From: Saccostrea echinata
Taxonomy: Eukaryota
Direction of reading: 5' to 3'
Length of the DNA stretch: 64,000 nt
Assembly: GCF_033153115.1 (NCBI RefSeq)
Contig: NW_026889813.1
Span: 3,720,001 to 3,784,000 of the forward strand
The position numbers were made by a program, and so were the translations under genes. Under the pieces are notes generated by a model, which did not search any database, was not told where the DNA came from, and saw nothing but the letters and a program-made list of their open reading frames with translations. The first letter of the stretch is position 1. Each line of letters starts with the position of its first letter. This document shows, one piece after another, positions 63,468 through 64,000 of this stretch.

Positions 63468-63549
63468 AACAACAGCATTTAGATTACATATGATTAACGC
63501 AGATATTTTAAGAGACCATCTAAATAAATGATTATCTCATTGTTTCAAG

Positions 63550-63755
63550 GTCCTAGTGGTTTAACTGACCAAAGAGTGAATACCAGGGCTGATTTCCAAA
63601 TGGTTGGGAACGGGGACCGATCACCGGAAGTGACCAGTCAGATGGGATACCTAAGCAGGCCTCCACCAGGGACGAAATTCCCAAAGGCGAAAAACGGTCA
63701 AATCGGTGAAATAGGGTGGCCGGTAGACACATTCAAGATAGTGAAGGGGATCTAA
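63550..63755 (+). CDS. C4orf45/SPMIP2-like (DUF4562) protein, coding exon 2
   Basis: ctcattgtttcaag|GT CCT; the join gives LFTGP...VG.G..S.E.T....YL.RP...K....GEIGW, matching the family motif as I recall it (FTGP...YLWRP...EIGW); total 106 aa. Confidence 0.8.
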
Positions 63756-64000
63756 AAAAAGAATGCGTCAATAAGCATTGTATATAATATCAGAATATCA
63801 TATTATAACCGATCTACATACTTACACGTGCTAGTGATATTGACTTGATGCCATTTCAGTATTATTTTACCTTTATCTGTTTTATTCTACCGCTTCAGTA
63901 TTAGATTGTTAGCCTATATAATCATTGTCACGAAAGAAGTTGAAATTCTTTTGTATAAAATCGTTCAGTTTTATATCTTGTGGTTTTGATGTCTGAGATT

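Overview
AT-rich, repeat-dense eukaryotic genomic DNA. The Helentron-associated HINE/pearl-type elements, V-domain SINEs and Penelope-like remnants point to a bivalve, probably an oyster (inference). The core is a cluster of five apparently intact paralogues (A-E; main exons 20752-21470 +, 27709-28367 +, 32961-33610 -, 44209-44858 +, 46006-46754 +). Each encodes the C-terminal domain of the PHYHIP/PHYHIPL family, apparently without the N-terminal FN3 domain and preceded only by a tiny phase-1 ATG micro-exon. Three pseudogenic copies follow in a ~1.53-kb tandem array, each led by a SINE. Two spliced genes that the ORF track only partly shows lie downstream: a 152-aa CD225/dispanin (IFITM-like) gene on the minus strand (55698-57399) and a 106-aa C4orf45/SPMIP2-like ciliary gene (62640-63755). 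Main hypothesis (inference, untested): the stand-alone PHYHIP-C proteins are a diversifying ADP-ribosyltransferase-like (R-x-E) family under NF-kB/IRF control, forming an innate-immune locus with the CD225 gene. The rest is nested non-autonomous transposons, satellites and long palindromes, two of them centred on the GCGAAGC mini-hairpin.
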